Positions 43,465 to 59,232 of a stretch of DNA of 64,000 nucleotides are shown here, in pieces (the first letter of the stretch is position 1; each line of letters begins with the position of its first letter). The notes under the pieces are model-generated. The model searched no databases and was not told where the DNA came from. It was given only the letters and a program-made list of their open reading frames with translations. This stretch comes from the human T2T-CHM13v2.0 reference genome, Homo sapiens. The DNA is taken from the NCBI RefSeq assembly GCF_009914755.1, contig NC_060936.1; one strand, given 5' to 3'. The position numbers were made by a program, and so were the translations under genes.

Positions 43465-45240
43465 AATTTTCAATTAAGTTTTAGTTTGTGTGAGATAGTC
43501 AGAGATTCACATGCAACTGTCAGAAATAATACCAAAAGATTCAGTGTACCCTTAACCCAGTTTTCCCAATGCTAACTCTTCCAAAACCGTAGTACAACAT
43601 CACAACCAGCATATTGACACTGATATGGTCAAGATACAGACTATTTCCATCACAAGGATGCCTCATGTTCCCCTTTTATAGTTTCACCAACTTTCCTCCC
43701 ACTTCCACCCCTCCTAAACCCCGACAACTACTAATTTTGCTGTATCTTTGTCATTTCAAGAACGTTACATAAATGGAATCATACACTATATAACCTTTGA
43801 GATTTTACTTTCCACTCAGCATCATTTTCTGGAGATTTATCCAGGTTACTGTATATCAAGACTTTGTTCCTTTTGTTACCCAGTAGTATTATATTGTATG
43901 GATATACAGTTTAACCTTTCATCTGCTGAAGGAGACCTGGGCTGTTTCCAGTTTAGGCTTTTACAAATAAAGCTGCTATAAACATTACGTATAGGTTTCT
44001 GCACAAACATACGTTTTCACTTCTCTGGGATAAATATCCAGGAATACAACTGCTAAATGATAGTTGGCATGTTTTGTTTTTTAAGAAACTCCAAACAGTT
44101 TTTATACACCCTCCAGCAACATCCTCTCCAGCATTTGGTGTTGTCACTAATTTTTCATTTTAGTCATTCTGTCAGGTGTGTAATCATAGTTCACTGTAGT
44201 TTTAAATGGCATTTTGGTAAAAACTAATGATGCTGAACATCTTTTTATATGCTTACTTGCCATGTGTACATATCTCTTCGTATCTTTTGCCCATCTTCTA
44301 ATTGGACTAGTTGGATTTTTTTTTAATACTTTGCGTTGAGAAATCTCTATATATACAAGTACTAGCTCTCTGTCAGACATGCGGTCTGCAAATATTTTTT
44401 CCCATTCTGTAGCCTATCTTTTCTTCCTCCCACAGGGGTTTCTTGCAGAACAAAAGCTTTAAATTTTGATAAAGTCCAACTTATCTTTTTATGGATTGTA
44501 CTTTTGGTATCAGTTCTAAGAACTATAATCCTAGATGCCAAAGATTTCTTTTTCCCAAAAGTTTTATAGTTTACTTATTCCATTCAGTCTGTGATTTGTT
44601 TTGAATAAACTTTTGCATAAAGTTTGAGACAGGTCAGGAGACATTGTTTGGACTATGGATGTGCAACCACTCCAATAGCAATGGTTGAAAAGCTGTATGT
44701 AGTTTTTAGAGTTATAAGACCTTTGTCAGATTTAAACCTAAAGGGTTTTTTTGAGCAATTATAAATGGTTCTGTATTTTTAATTTTTGTGTACATATGGT
44801 CATTGCTAGTATACAGAAGTTCAATTGATTTTGTGTGTTTATTTTGTTGTACCCTGTGACCTTGCTGAACTCACTCATTAGTTCTAGATGTTTTTTTGGG
44901 GGGAGGGGAGAAGTTTAAATAGATTCCTTGGGATCTTCCATGTAAACAGTCATGTTATCTGGAAACTGGGACAGTTTTCTTTCTTTCTGATCTGTATGTC
45001 TTTTATTTCTTTTTTATGCCTTACTGCACTGGCTAGAACTTTGGTATTATATTGAATAAAAATGGCAAGAGTGGACATTCTTGTCCTGTTCCTGATCTTA
45101 GGAAGAAAATTATTCAGTTTTTCACCATTAAGAATAATCTTAGCTATAGGATTTTTGTAGATGCTCTTTCTCAAGTTTTACAGATACAAGTTTATCAAGT
45201 TCTCCCACTACAATTTTTCTGAGAGTTTTTAAAATCATGA
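43465..45240 (-). mobile_element. L1MC-like 3' portion with ORF2 remnants
   Basis: L1MC 3'UTR text; ORF-track remnants IYKNPIAKIILNGEKL and RRWAKD resemble L1 ORF2. Confidence 0.85.
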
Positions 45241-45771
45241 ATGGATGATTATGTTTGATAATCATCAATGGATTATTGTGTTTGATGGATTGTTATGGAT
45301 TATTATGTTTGATGTTTGAACTTGACCTTCTCAAAATTTGCAAAGGAAATTAATGAATTATTGCTTTGAAATAGTTTTCAAGTAGGTTCATTTTTGTTAA
45401 GTATGGAACTTGTGAATACAGAAAAATTGCTCACTACATCAAATCTGAATTAAAACACATTCCTCCTTATTATGCAACATATGCCTTACATCAACAGCTT
45501 CAAGCCCTATTTTTTTCAGGAAGCAATCCAAAACATTACCATTTAGGCAACCTGTCAAACAATCTCATACTTTTTGTTAAATCAATTAATCAAAACTAAG
45601 TACTCCTTTGCATTTCATGCTTTTAAAGGTTTACTTGTTTTAATTACAGTATAAATTGTGATGTACAAGTACTTTTTTAAAAACATGTGAAAACGATACA
45701 ATTTGACCTTGTCAATCAAAGTATGAGACTTTCCTATCCTGGGATGCTTCTGTTGCTTACCTTGAGGACTG

Positions 45772-46090
<319 letters not shown>

Positions 46091-46215
46091 TCACTGCTTG
46101 GTTCAGTCAAGGAACAGTAATTTCCAAATACTTCAGTATTTGGAATGTAACAGTAATGTCAAATACTTCAAACAAAATTCTACCTTCTAACTATTATTTA
46201 TTTACAGTTTATTAA

Positions 46216-46638
<423 letters not shown>

Positions 46639-46662
46639 TAAGAGCATAGAAATATGCGTTTT

Positions 46663-46790
46663 GCCAGGCCCGGTGGCTCACATCTATAATCTCAGCACTT
46701 TGGGAGGCCGAGATGGGAGGATCACTTGAGCCCAGGAGTTGGAGACCAGCCTGGGCAACACAGTGGGACTCCATCCCTAATTCATTAATT
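46663..46790 (+). mobile_element. Alu left monomer/FLAM
   Basis: gccaggcccggtggctca...actccatccct. Confidence 0.88.
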
Positions 46791-47692
46791 AATTAATTTA
46801 AAAATCTACATTTAATTAAAAAGTACTATAGCATCAAAAGTAAAAAAGGCAAATTATTTTCAAATCACCGAGGAACTATCAAAGGGAAGGCAAAGAAGAG
46901 AATACACACAAACTATTAATTTTTATTCTACCTAAAATGGTATTAATTATCTTAATGACAATAGAATGTAGTTAAAATGAGTGTGCTAAAATATTAATAT
47001 CCAAATGCTAGGAAAGCAGATAATGGTTAAATTTTTTTAAGATTTAATGCCCACTAAAACAATTAAAAGAGAGCAATAAAATAAACTTTCAGGGCAACGG
47101 AAGGGTGGTGGCTTTTGCCTTTGTACAACCAGTGCCCTGGATCCACATCTCCCTTTCTATGAACAGACCCCATCCCTTATGTAGCCAAGCATTCTCTTGC
47201 CTCCCAAATGTCATGGCATGTATGTCAACATTTGAAAACTGCCAACATAGTTGGGGAAATTTAACTGTCTAATATCTGTTAGTTATATTTGTTGTGAAGA
47301 AAAATGTAACACAATTTCTAATTGCTTAATCTAAGAGAGTAAACACAGGAGAAAATAAATATGAATATAAATGCAAAAACAAAGCTAATAAGAAATGAAA
47401 CTTAAAATCTCATTTAAACACATTTAATGAGAGAAATAAAATCTCAGTTAACAATATATACTTTATTAGTATAAAGGTTTTATTCTCTGTAACATCATAG
47501 GACTTATTCTAGGGATGCAGTGCATCCTTAAGTCACATTAGACATACCGGAAACATAAATATGTCAAAGTCTTTATACCAACCTACTCAGGAAGCTGGAC
47601 AGTTCAAGACTCTTCCATTTCCAGGACAATAACAAGAACAATTTAAGGAATAATTAAAAAAACAACCCTGACCCTTATTTCTAATATTCCAA

Positions 47693-48333
<641 letters not shown>

Positions 48334-49132
48334 TCAATGTAATAGAAGTACTATATTGTCCATGCTTTGTCTTAGGAACAAAACATCTAAACTTTAAACT
48401 CAAGCACAAATATCAACTGAGAATAGGTCTACATATTAACTTACTGTTTTAGAAGTACTTGAAATGTGAGTCATCTAATTATTTTTCGGTATTTCCAAAA
48501 AAATTCTCAAGTAGTTTATCTAAATGCATTGTCAAATCTGGTCAAGATGAAGATTTAGTGTAAAGTAGAAATCTCTCAGAAAAAAAAAAACTCCTAATAA
48601 TCACTAATACCTCGCTATTTTTGTTTAAAAAAAAAGGTAAGAATTTCTAATTACTAATAATCAGAGTCCCCAAAATCAAAGGAAAAAGCACAAAGAAATG
48701 AAAACCACATATCTGCTTCTCTAGAGAAAGGAAATCATCATGGGAATAGTAGGAGTCACAATCAAGAATCACATCCAGTCCAAAGAATGTAACTCACAAG
48801 TAAACCGATCACTGTACATCAGTCTCCTAAGAAATACCTTTATGAATGAACTCAATGAGAAGCTAGTCAAAGATTAAAGCTGATCAAAGTAGTTAGCAAA
48901 AAGACATTAACAAAGTTCAATTTCACTATTAAAAAGCTCCAATTAACTTTCCAGCCTTTCAGCAATTTACAAAACTTTACCAGAACCTAAATAAGTTTAC
49001 TCAATCAGAATATTTCCTATCTCCAATTTTTAAAGATGTAGATGTAAATGACAAAAGAAGAGAAGATGACGGAAGGGTATTTAAAAAAACAAAAAACAAA
49101 AAAATAACCCTGTCTATACCCACACCCCTACT

Positions 49133-49428
49133 TCTTTTTTTCTTTTGAGACAGAGTTTCGCTCTTTTTGTCCAACCTGGAGTGCAATGGTGCAACCTCGG
49201 CTCGTCGCAACCTCCACCTCCTGGGTTTAAGCGATTCTCCTGCCTCAGCCTCCTGAGTAGCTGGGATTACAGACTTGCACCACCACGCCCAGCTAATTTT
49301 GTATTTTTAGTAGAGACAGGGTTTCTCCATGTTGGTCAGGCTGGTCTCAAACTCCCGACCTCAGGTGAGCCACCCACCTCCGCCTCCCAAAGTGCTGGGA
49401 TTACAGGCATGAGCCACCACTCCCAGCC
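49133..49428 (-). mobile_element. AluSq/Sp-like
   Basis: TSD cacccctacttcttttt. Confidence 0.95.
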
Positions 49429-49724
49429 ACCCCTACTTCTTTTTAAGTACAGGGTATTTCCTAATCATAGTAAAAATCATTCAGGACTACTTCATCTACA
49501 AATCCTCAATCCATCTGATCAAATTCACCTTAACCACATTCAAAAGCATCACGAAAATATTAAGCCCACAATGCTAAATAAACTTTGGCTGAACTGCATA
49601 AAGAGAAATATTTATATGTTCTAGAGAATATGAAAAGATTCACAAGATTGTTTAAAAAATCAAAAGCTTGTTAAAAATAAAATATGACTGAAATATAATA
49701 AGCTAGAAATAATTTTTTTAATTT

Positions 49725-51200
49725 ACTGGAACTTCCAATCAAGATGGCATCATAAATTGCTTTGAAAACCCACCCTGTTTCAAATACAAAGCAACAACAG
49801 GCAAAATCCTGGAGAAGACATTTTAAAGACCTACCTAACTAAAAAAGACCAGCATCACCATGAAACAGAAATATGTAACAGAGAGTGGGCAGAAGGTATA
49901 GGGCTGCTAGGCTCTGGTTTCAGAAGGAACCAGTGAAGGCCTAGGTTTCAGATCCTATAGAAACAGGAATAAAAGTGGCCCACCTAAGATAAGGGACTGA
50001 GGCCGAAATTGGGCTGAAAACAAACTGCTACTAACAGCTGCCTGGGGGTAAGTAAGCTGTGTGGACTTTCAGGAAGTATGTCTTCTTAGAAACTGAGTGC
50101 CTAGGAAAGTGAGAATACTAGGGCTTCAGCCACACTATCCCACTGCCTGGCCAACTGGAACAAAGATGCAGGTGTATCTACCATCAGTGGGAGACAAGTG
50201 CCCTCTGCTGCCAATCTAAGACCTTGGTGGGGGTGGGGGCAACAGGGAGAAGCAGTTAAGAATACGTGCAAAACCACTAGAAGGGACTGTGGGGAGTGGG
50301 GGGACTTCCCAGTCAAAGCTGTACCATGACATAAAGAAAACGAATAAAAACACAGCAACTGAAATACAAAATCCCTTCAAACAAAATAGAAACAGAAAAG
50401 CCTGAAAATAGTATGCTTAAAATTTTTTTCTTTTTTTGAGATAGAGTCTGGCTCTGTCACCCAGGCTAGGGTAGCACAATCTCGGCTCACTGCAACCTCC
50501 GCCTCCCAGGTTCAAAGCGATTCTCCTGCCTCAGCTTCCCAAGTAGCTGAGATTACAGGTGTGCGCTACCACACCAGCTAATTTTTGTATTTTCAGTAGA
50601 GACAGGATTTTGCCATGTTGGCCAGGCTGGTCTTGAACTCCTGACCTCAAGCGATCCACCCACCTCAGCCTCCCAAAGTGCTGGGATTACAGGCGTGAGC
50701 CACTCTTTTACTCTTTATAAAAGAGTAAAATTTCTTTTATAAAGGGAAAAAAAATCACAACAAGCAGAAGTGAAACAAGGCTAGGTGGAAATGAAAAAGA
50801 ATTTAAAAGCTAAAGAATGAATATTTTAACTCAAAGTAAGTTTTAAATAATTTTAAAATAAGCAATGGAAATGAAAAACTGAGTAAGAGATAAAATGTAA
50901 ACAGTAAAAATTGAAAAGGAGTTAATAAACTAGAGAATAATAATGAAGAATTTAACTAGAAAGTTGCAGAGGCAAAGAAGTTTTAAAGATATATTATGGA
51001 GGCCAGAAAACAAGGTTCAATGATATATTTAACAGCAGTTTCAGAACAAGCAAAGAGGCAATGAGAAAAGAAAAAATTACACTGAATCATATATTATCCA
51101 GATCAACAACATAACAAAGAAAATTATAACCTAATGGATAATCTAACTTTCAAGTAGCAAGAAAAAAAATTACTGGTTGAACTCATCTAGCTTAATTTTT
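49725..51200 (+). mobile_element. Ancient L1M 5'/ORF1 relic
   Basis: ggaacttccaatcaagatggc 5'-end motif followed by A-rich ORF1-like text. Confidence 0.5.
50423..50703 (-). mobile_element. AluS
   Basis: Antisense dimer lacking the first ~12 nt. Confidence 0.93.
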
Positions 51201-52435
51201 AAATTATATTTTTTACTGTTGACCTCACTTTAGAGGGCCAAATTGTGTACAGAATACATGCTACCCAAGAACACCACAGAGGTCCTCTGGGTGTTTCCAC
51301 AGAGCAAAATTGAAAACAGGGCCAATAAGTAAGGTGCAATTAACAAAAAAAAAAAAAGTCTGACTGGCCCAGTCTTCGGCTTCGGCTGCAACTTAATAGT
51401 CCTTTAAATTCAGTTTCTAACACCCAGAGAAATGACACATGAGATAAGAGTGCTTTCTTTCCAAAACGGTGGCAATAAAACTTGTGATTGGGGTAGAAGA
51501 GTACTAGAATAGTAGATTACAGAATTGAGTAACAGGATTTCTTGTTAACTAAAACCAAATATACAATCAAAAAGCAAACCTACTGCCATCAACACAATTT
51601 ATTCAATCAGAAGTATCTTTTAACCTTTCTCTCCAAATTTAAAATAAATAGAAAAGTAATAATGCTGATAATTTAGGCTGCATTTATATTATAAAATTTT
51701 AACTCTCTTTTTGGTGGTCCAGCTGTGTCTACATAGCTTAAGAATCTGATGGTTTTATCTAAACTAGTTAAGACATACAGCTGGTTAAAGTTTTGTGTAT
51801 TTTAGGGGCACTATCAGATTAATAAAAGTGCATTAATTTTAGCATTAGACAGACATGTCTTCAAAATTTGAAGGCATTTATATCTAGTTATATACTTAGT
51901 AATTCTTTTTGATGGGAATACATATCAATGGGAATCTTTCAAAGATATATAGTAGTTTGAACAGTAACCATATTAAGTCTGAAAACACAAACAATAAGAC
52001 AGAACATCAGTTCAGTGTCTCTCTCTCAAGACAAAGCATACTCTTTGCTGGTGATAAACAGCACACTCACTTTACTTTAGTCTAAGCCTCCACCCACATA
52101 ATCCTTAAAATTATATTAAGCTCCGGTGGATGAAAATACAGCAGCAGTCCTGCAGCCTAACTGCAAAGATGAAACCGTGTACTCGGCTGAAGGGCTGGTC
52201 TCCCTAACTAGCACGGTTCAGTCAGCATCTATCTGACAGCACAAGATACACAGCACACGCTTTCTTTAGTTATCTGTACATGTCAGTAGGACTCTGGCCC
52301 ACTGCCATAAGGAACTCTATCTCTGTTCTCTGCTTTATCTCGTTGTCCATTCTTCAGTCATTTAGCACAACCACTACTTTATTTTCATCAGTAAGATGTT
52401 CTTCTGGGACACAAATGGGAGCTCCAACTGCTTCA

Positions 52436-52758
<323 letters not shown>

Positions 52759-54982
52759 GCAGTTACTCACCAGCTGCTAGCTAAAAATCATGAAAATTAG
52801 AAAGCAACTCTTTATGATTTTTTAATCAAAGTAGTGTAACATTTTAAATTGGCATTTATCACCCAGCAATCCATTTCTTTTGTAGAAAGCCAAAAGAATT
52901 TTAACATGTTCATATAAAAGCAAGAATTTCCATTGAAAAGAAATTTTTACAGAGAACACTTATTTAGCAAACACCTATGAATGCACAAAGTCATTAACAA
53001 TAATACCATCAATAGTGCTTATGTATGGCAGATAACCAAAACATGATGTTATTTGTTACTTTCCTTCCACACACCAAGAACCCAATAATTTTTACTGCAT
53101 ATATTACATATTTTAAGTACCAGAGAACTACAATGTAAAAAAAAATTCTTTTTAAAATATTTCATCTTTTCCTCCTGCTTAGGTCTCAACTGTACCATCC
53201 ATCTTATATCACAAGCTGTCCTCACCCTACCTTTTTCTCCCCTGCTGACACAAAATTCTATTTCAAGCAACCCAAGGGTATTCAACATATCCCACACACA
53301 TATCACATACTTTAAAAAAAATTTTTTTTCATGCCTTTCTTGTGTTTCCTGCTTAGAGTACCTTTTCCTTCCTTCTTTCCTGGTGAAATCTAACTCTTCT
53401 GTAAAGGCAGTAGTGCCGCCTACATTTGCAATACTTTCATCAATCCCAAACTGAATAAATTGCTGTCTCTTCTCTGACCCCCTACAGAAGTTTAGATGTG
53501 CCTCTTCACTGAGACTTCTCTGACAACTCCACTCATGGGGTCAAAGGAGCACAGTGTTTCTCCTGGGAAGCACTGCATCCTGACTATCAGTTAATGTTGC
53601 CATAACTTAACAGTTTTATAATTACATCTTTCTTAGTGTCCATCATCCTGCCTCTAACACCTCCCCTAGACTAAGAGCGCCATAAAGAAAGGGATCCAAG
53701 AAATTCCTCTTACAGTTAAAGATCTTATGACTTGCCCTCCACATAGTAAGCATGCAAAACCTATTTGATGAATAATAATAACACTGAATGGACACTCTTT
53801 AGGAGAAATAGTAAAATGAATTACAGCTGCAGCTTTGGAAAAAGATATAGATGCTAAGGAACCTAAGTCATTAAGTCTTAGTACATCAGAGTACAATTAC
53901 ACAAAGTTAATGTCTCCTGCTGCCTCTCTTTAAGGCCTGATTCCCACCCTCTCTGCCCCTAGGAACCAGTAAAGTTTCTATGTCTACAGGTGGGCACACT
54001 GATTAGGGACTATAAAGTAGAGGTTACTATCTGACCCATTTAGAGAAAAAGTTACCATGTTCTTATTTGCTTGTTCTTTCCCCTTGCTCTGGGAATCTAA
54101 TACTAGCCACCTCTGTGATTCCCTTTCCATTCTGGTCCCATTTTTTTTATCTTGTCTCTTCCATCTTCTGTCCAATATCAGTTTTTGCATGAGAGAGGTA
54201 GGCTATTTTATACAGTACTAGTCAGTCAGAGAAACACATTTTATTCTATGCAGTAAAGCAAGCTTTGATTTTAAGAGACTATGTAAACCCAATCTCAGCC
54301 ATTTCTGCTTAAGAAAATCAAAAAGAGAGTTTACACAAAAGTGATACAGCACACTTCACGCACACTTTATTTTTATGTCAAATAGCTTCCTATTGCAATA
54401 TCCTCATCTGCAAGAAACACTAAGTCCTTATTTAGGAATACTAAATTGTGTCACCCTTGAGGCTTATGCAAGCTTATCATCTGACTTTTAAACATTTTCT
54501 ATCTCTTAGAAAATACTCTGATCAAATGCCTAGGTTTCTACTTTCAGTAAGCATGTAAAAGCATTAGCACTGATTGCCCTAAAGCACTTTCAGAAAAACA
54601 GTTCCCATTTGGTTAAACAGTCATCAAATTTTAAGACCAGGAATCCATACTTTTTAAATGCTACTTTTTTTTTTTAATTCAAACCTATATCAGGAAAAAT
54701 CATTTTTTGGTCCAGTATCAAAATCTAATCTCCACCCCTCAAGAAATAAAGAAATCTATCTGCCTTAACACCATACTTCCAACATTTAAGAAGCCAATCA
54801 ATTACAACTAATACCTTTATACACTAAAGAGCATCAGTCAGAAGGACAAATTTTCTCAGGAAAATAATTTCAAGTTCAAGGTTATATGAGCATTTTGGAC
54901 GTCATACTGTTTTCCACGAAATATAATTTAAATCAGCAGAGAGCCAAAATACATTGTCATGGTTGAAATAAAAGGAGGAAAA

Positions 54983-55065
54983 GTCCGGGCGCCATGGCTC
55001 ATGCCTGTAATCCTAGCACTCTGGATAGCCAAGGCAGGAGGATGCTTTTCAAAAAAAAAAAAAAA
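54983..55065 (+). mobile_element. Very short Alu (first ~60 nt joined to an A tail)
   Basis: gtccgggcgccatggctcatgcctgtaatcc...ggaggatgctt-tcAn. Confidence 0.8.
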
Positions 55066-57489
55066 GGAGAAGAAGAAGGAAAAAGCAAACATTATTTTAA
55101 ATAGCCTGTTTTTTAAAAAATTACATGACTAAATTATCTTAGCAACATAAGATTTCTTTAATAAAGTACTACCAATCCCCTGCCTTTTTTTTAATTATCG
55201 CATTTCCTTCTTACCCCAGGAAAAAAGTAATAATGGCCACACTGCAGTCATTCAACATTTCCAAAGAACTTTTGTACTTTGTACAATGTTAACAATCTAG
55301 TGTACTATAGCCACCTTTCTCATCACACATTGCAAGACATTAATTATATTCACAATAAATTTTCACACTTACTAGTGAAATACCATTTGTAGTTCAAAAT
55401 AATTTGAAACTTCAAGAAAAACAGGTGAGAAAAATAATCTTTCCTTTCAGGTCTAATTTGTGAAACTTTCAGAATTCATTCAATTAGCAATTGTTCAACT
55501 ATTGTTGAATTACTTGACAGGGACTATGTTAAAAGTGCTAACAGAAGAATATGTACGTAAACTGTCCTCAATGAGCCTACACCCCACAAGGAGAGAAAAA
55601 ACACAATAAGCAAAGCGTTCTGGTGCATGAAACCAGCAGTAGTACACTAAGTCTATACTAAGCACACTTCAAAGACTTCAAAGACTCACTGTGCCTCAAT
55701 TTATATTTTAATCAATAAATTTGAATTTTTTAATGATTAAAAATAGTTTATAAAATAAAAGCACTACGCAGCAAGTTAGATTTTTTTAATACAGGGCTAG
55801 AGAGGTAGAGAATATCATAATAATTCCTATGACATAGTAGATCGGGTAGCTTTTGTCTTTTTAACTTAAAACAAGAGGGATGGTGTAAGCAAAAGGGCAC
55901 ATCTTCTGGGTTAAAACAGATACAGATCAGATCTGGAGAGAGCAGGTTACAAAAGAAGAACAGTCATCCTCAAGATTACTTAGTAAATACCCATGCTGGC
56001 CTTGAAACCATGGGCAAAATTCCAGATTGTAAAAGAAAACTGACTGTACAAAGACTAGGATCAACTGAATATAAAAATACACATCCACTAGTATAATTTT
56101 AAAAAGCCCCCATGGGTTGTCATATGAGAGTATCTATCTTTACCCAAGTCTTAACTTTCTTTAAAGTCCTCTATCCCAAATTGAAAATATTATTTGAAAA
56201 TGTTACACGAAGAAGTATACAAGAAAAGTCTTCTACAAGATTAGATCAGGTAAGCCTATGTACTGTAATACCATATAAATTTTGGTCATTAAGTCCATCC
56301 AAATAAGGGTTGTAATAATAAATGAAGAAACCCTGAGATGGATACATTTCCTTAACTAAAAAAGAAATTACAAGGATGAGAGAAAAAGAATAAAAATAGA
56401 CATTAACCCCGAGAAATAAAAATGACACATGTAGATCAACATCATAAAACATTTGATTTTTAAAAATGGTGATCCAAATATTCAACAAATCTATAAGCTG
56501 TGTATAAAGAAAGGTAACTTATGTGCACAGTCAGCAGCATTATTAATGCATTTAATAACACATGTGAAGCAAAGGACATCAAGGAGGCAGGAGGCTTCAG
56601 GGGGATCTGTACAGGTGAGCTTTACCTCCCACAATTGTACAGAGTTTTAGGAGCACGTGTATGGGTGCTTTTTTTTCTAGGAGACCATCCAAAGCTTTCT
56701 GCAGGTCTTCAAATGGATGAATGATCTGAAAAACCTAAGAGCCATCCATATAAGACTATAAAGTTTCCAACATTACAAATATGTCTTTTTCTTGAAAATG
56801 AGCAATATAATACAGTAAGAAAATAAGTTCTAAAAAGAATTAGGTTAAGGGCAAGGTTAAAACAAGCTATCATCAAAACTCCATGAAAGTCTTTTTATGG
56901 CATTAAAGAAATATGCTTCATTCTCTTTGTAAGCTGTAAATTTGAAAATTTAAAGTTTTAGGAAACTAAACTAGCTTTACAAAACAGATGTTGCTGCCTA
57001 TGCCATTTAATCAATTCAAGTCACATTCCTAGAAGACAATATAGCCATCTGATGAGTTCAGCGTCAATGGAATGAGCCAAATCCACACAACAGCATTTTA
57101 CAAAAATAATCAGTGGTTTAAAGCAGGGCATGTGCAAAATTCCTGAAATAACACATACATAATTCACTGCCAAACTCAGATCAATTCAGAATCTGCAGAG
57201 GCAAGAAGCATTATTATGGCTCTGAAATCCATATTCAGTAAGGCTGTGTTCAGAAAGTTTCATTTCAATTTCAAGAAAATAAATGACTAGAGAAGCTCAA
57301 TAATGATTTTGGCAGATATAAGTACCCTTCGTTCAAAGCAGAATCATTTTACAGAGCTTAAGATTTTTTAAAAGATAAAGAAAAACACCAATTTATAGGA
57401 CCTAAGTCTTGAATTTAAGGATGAAATGTCATCAACTTGAGAAATATAACACTGTATCTACTCAAATATTATAGCTATCCAGACAACAG

Positions 57490-57640
57490 TTAGAGGCAAG
57501 AGAGTACAATGGAAATGGTTGAAAAAGCACAGCCTTATTAGAGATCAGTTAGAATTGCAATTCTAACTGCATCACCACCAAGCTGTATGACACTGAGCAA
57601 GTTACTTCATTGCCCCATGCCTCGGCTTACGCATTTTTAA
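57490..57640 (+). mobile_element. MIR
   Basis: agctgtatgacactgagcaagttacttca...tgcctcgg. Confidence 0.65.
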
Positions 57641-58507
57641 ATCTCCTGTGGCTGTGATGCACAAGGAACTCCCCTCTCTCTAAAATCCACCAACCCTTAA
57701 CCTTCTTCCCCTGACAGCCTCTGGGGTTCTTCACGGTCAGCGTCTCCCCACAGATTCACTCAAGTCTTTCTATTCAATAAGGCTTCAGAAAAATTAAAAA
57801 CTGCTTCTCACAAAAGGCTTAGGAGAAAATGCAAAGTTAGAAGAATCTCAAAAATGTAAGAAAATCTGGCAAATGAAGAATACAAGAGAAATCACAAAGT
57901 TTTACAAAAGCACTCCTGTTCTTACCAGAACTCAATACCTGGAAGGCAGATGAATGGGCTTTGCTAAAACTTTTCAGATTTATTTTATGCTTGCTTGCCA
58001 CAGAAACCAACACTGGACCTTTTAGTCTGAATTTCCTCATCTACAAAAACAGCGGGACCAAATTAAATCAGCGTTCTTCAAACTGTATTCCTCTGAACTC
58101 TCGAGTTTCATCAAAGTGCCTCAGAGACCTCAAGACAAATGTCTCCACACCATCTTCAGGCAGGAATGTTAACAGTTTTCTATATGAGGGTTCCATGTAA
58201 GATTCGGTTTTACAAGTTTTGCTTATAAAAGGCTTGCAAATGTTTACAAAATAAATAGGCCTTAAACTTGTAACATTCTGTACATGTAATATCATCACTT
58301 TGTGGTGGTGTTTATTTTTCTCTACTTGATGCTAGAAACAGTAACTTTTCTGAAGCTTTTGTTTTAAAAGGTGTTTTGTTTTGTGTTTTTTTTTTTGAAA
58401 TAAACATAAAAATAAAAATAAAAAAACAGTCCAGTGCTAGAGCTGGTGGTAAAAGTGAAGACATATAAGGAAAGACTAGTGTAAGTTACCACAAAAGACA
58501 AGAGTGA

Positions 58508-58812
58508 GGCTGGGCGCAGTGGCTCACACCTGTAATCCAAGCACTTTGGGAGACCGAAGTGGGCAAATCACCTAAGGTCAGGAGTTCGAGACCAGCCTGG
58601 CCAACATGGCGAAACCCCATCTCTACTAAATATACAAAAATTATCCGGGCATGGTGGCAGGCGCCTGTAGTCCCAGCTACTCAGGAGATTGAGGCAGGGA
58701 GAACTGCTTGAACCCAGGAGGCAGAGGTTGCAGTGAGCCGAGATCACGCCACTGCACTCCAGCCTGGGCAATAGAGTGACACTCCATCTCAAAAAAACAC
58801 AAAAAGAAAAAG
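58508..58812 (+). mobile_element. AluSx-like
   Basis: TSD aaaagacaagagtga. Confidence 0.95.
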
Positions 58813-59104
58813 ACAAGAGTGAAAAGTCATCGAGGAATCACTCAGACTTACGAATTGAATCAGTTAACTATATGCTTAGTTAGAAACAATAAAAACCCAT
58901 TGCACAAATATTTTTGGTGAATAGGCTAGCCAGAGCAAAAATTTTATTTTATGGAAGAAAATTACATGTCGTAATGGTATCTGCAAAAGTGGGACTTTCA
59001 GAAGGCTTCAATATGCATTTCTTTGAAATGCCAGTGGTGGGCATACCACAATAGCTACTGATCTGCTTCCAAAAGTCAACCTAACTCAAAGTTTCTGCAC
59101 ATGA

Positions 59105-59232
59105 ACCACAATCTAGCAATCTTTCTACTTTGAGAGAGAACAAAATTTTCTTTCTACTTTTGAGAGAGAACAAAATTCTAGATTACGGACCATAATCTAT
59201 CAATCTTTCTACTTTGAGAGAGAACAAAATTT
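59105..59232. repeat. Complex local triplication of tctttctactttgagagagaacaaaatt with a short inverted segment
   Basis: Copies at about 59120-59147, 59149-59177 and 59204-59231. Confidence 0.95.
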
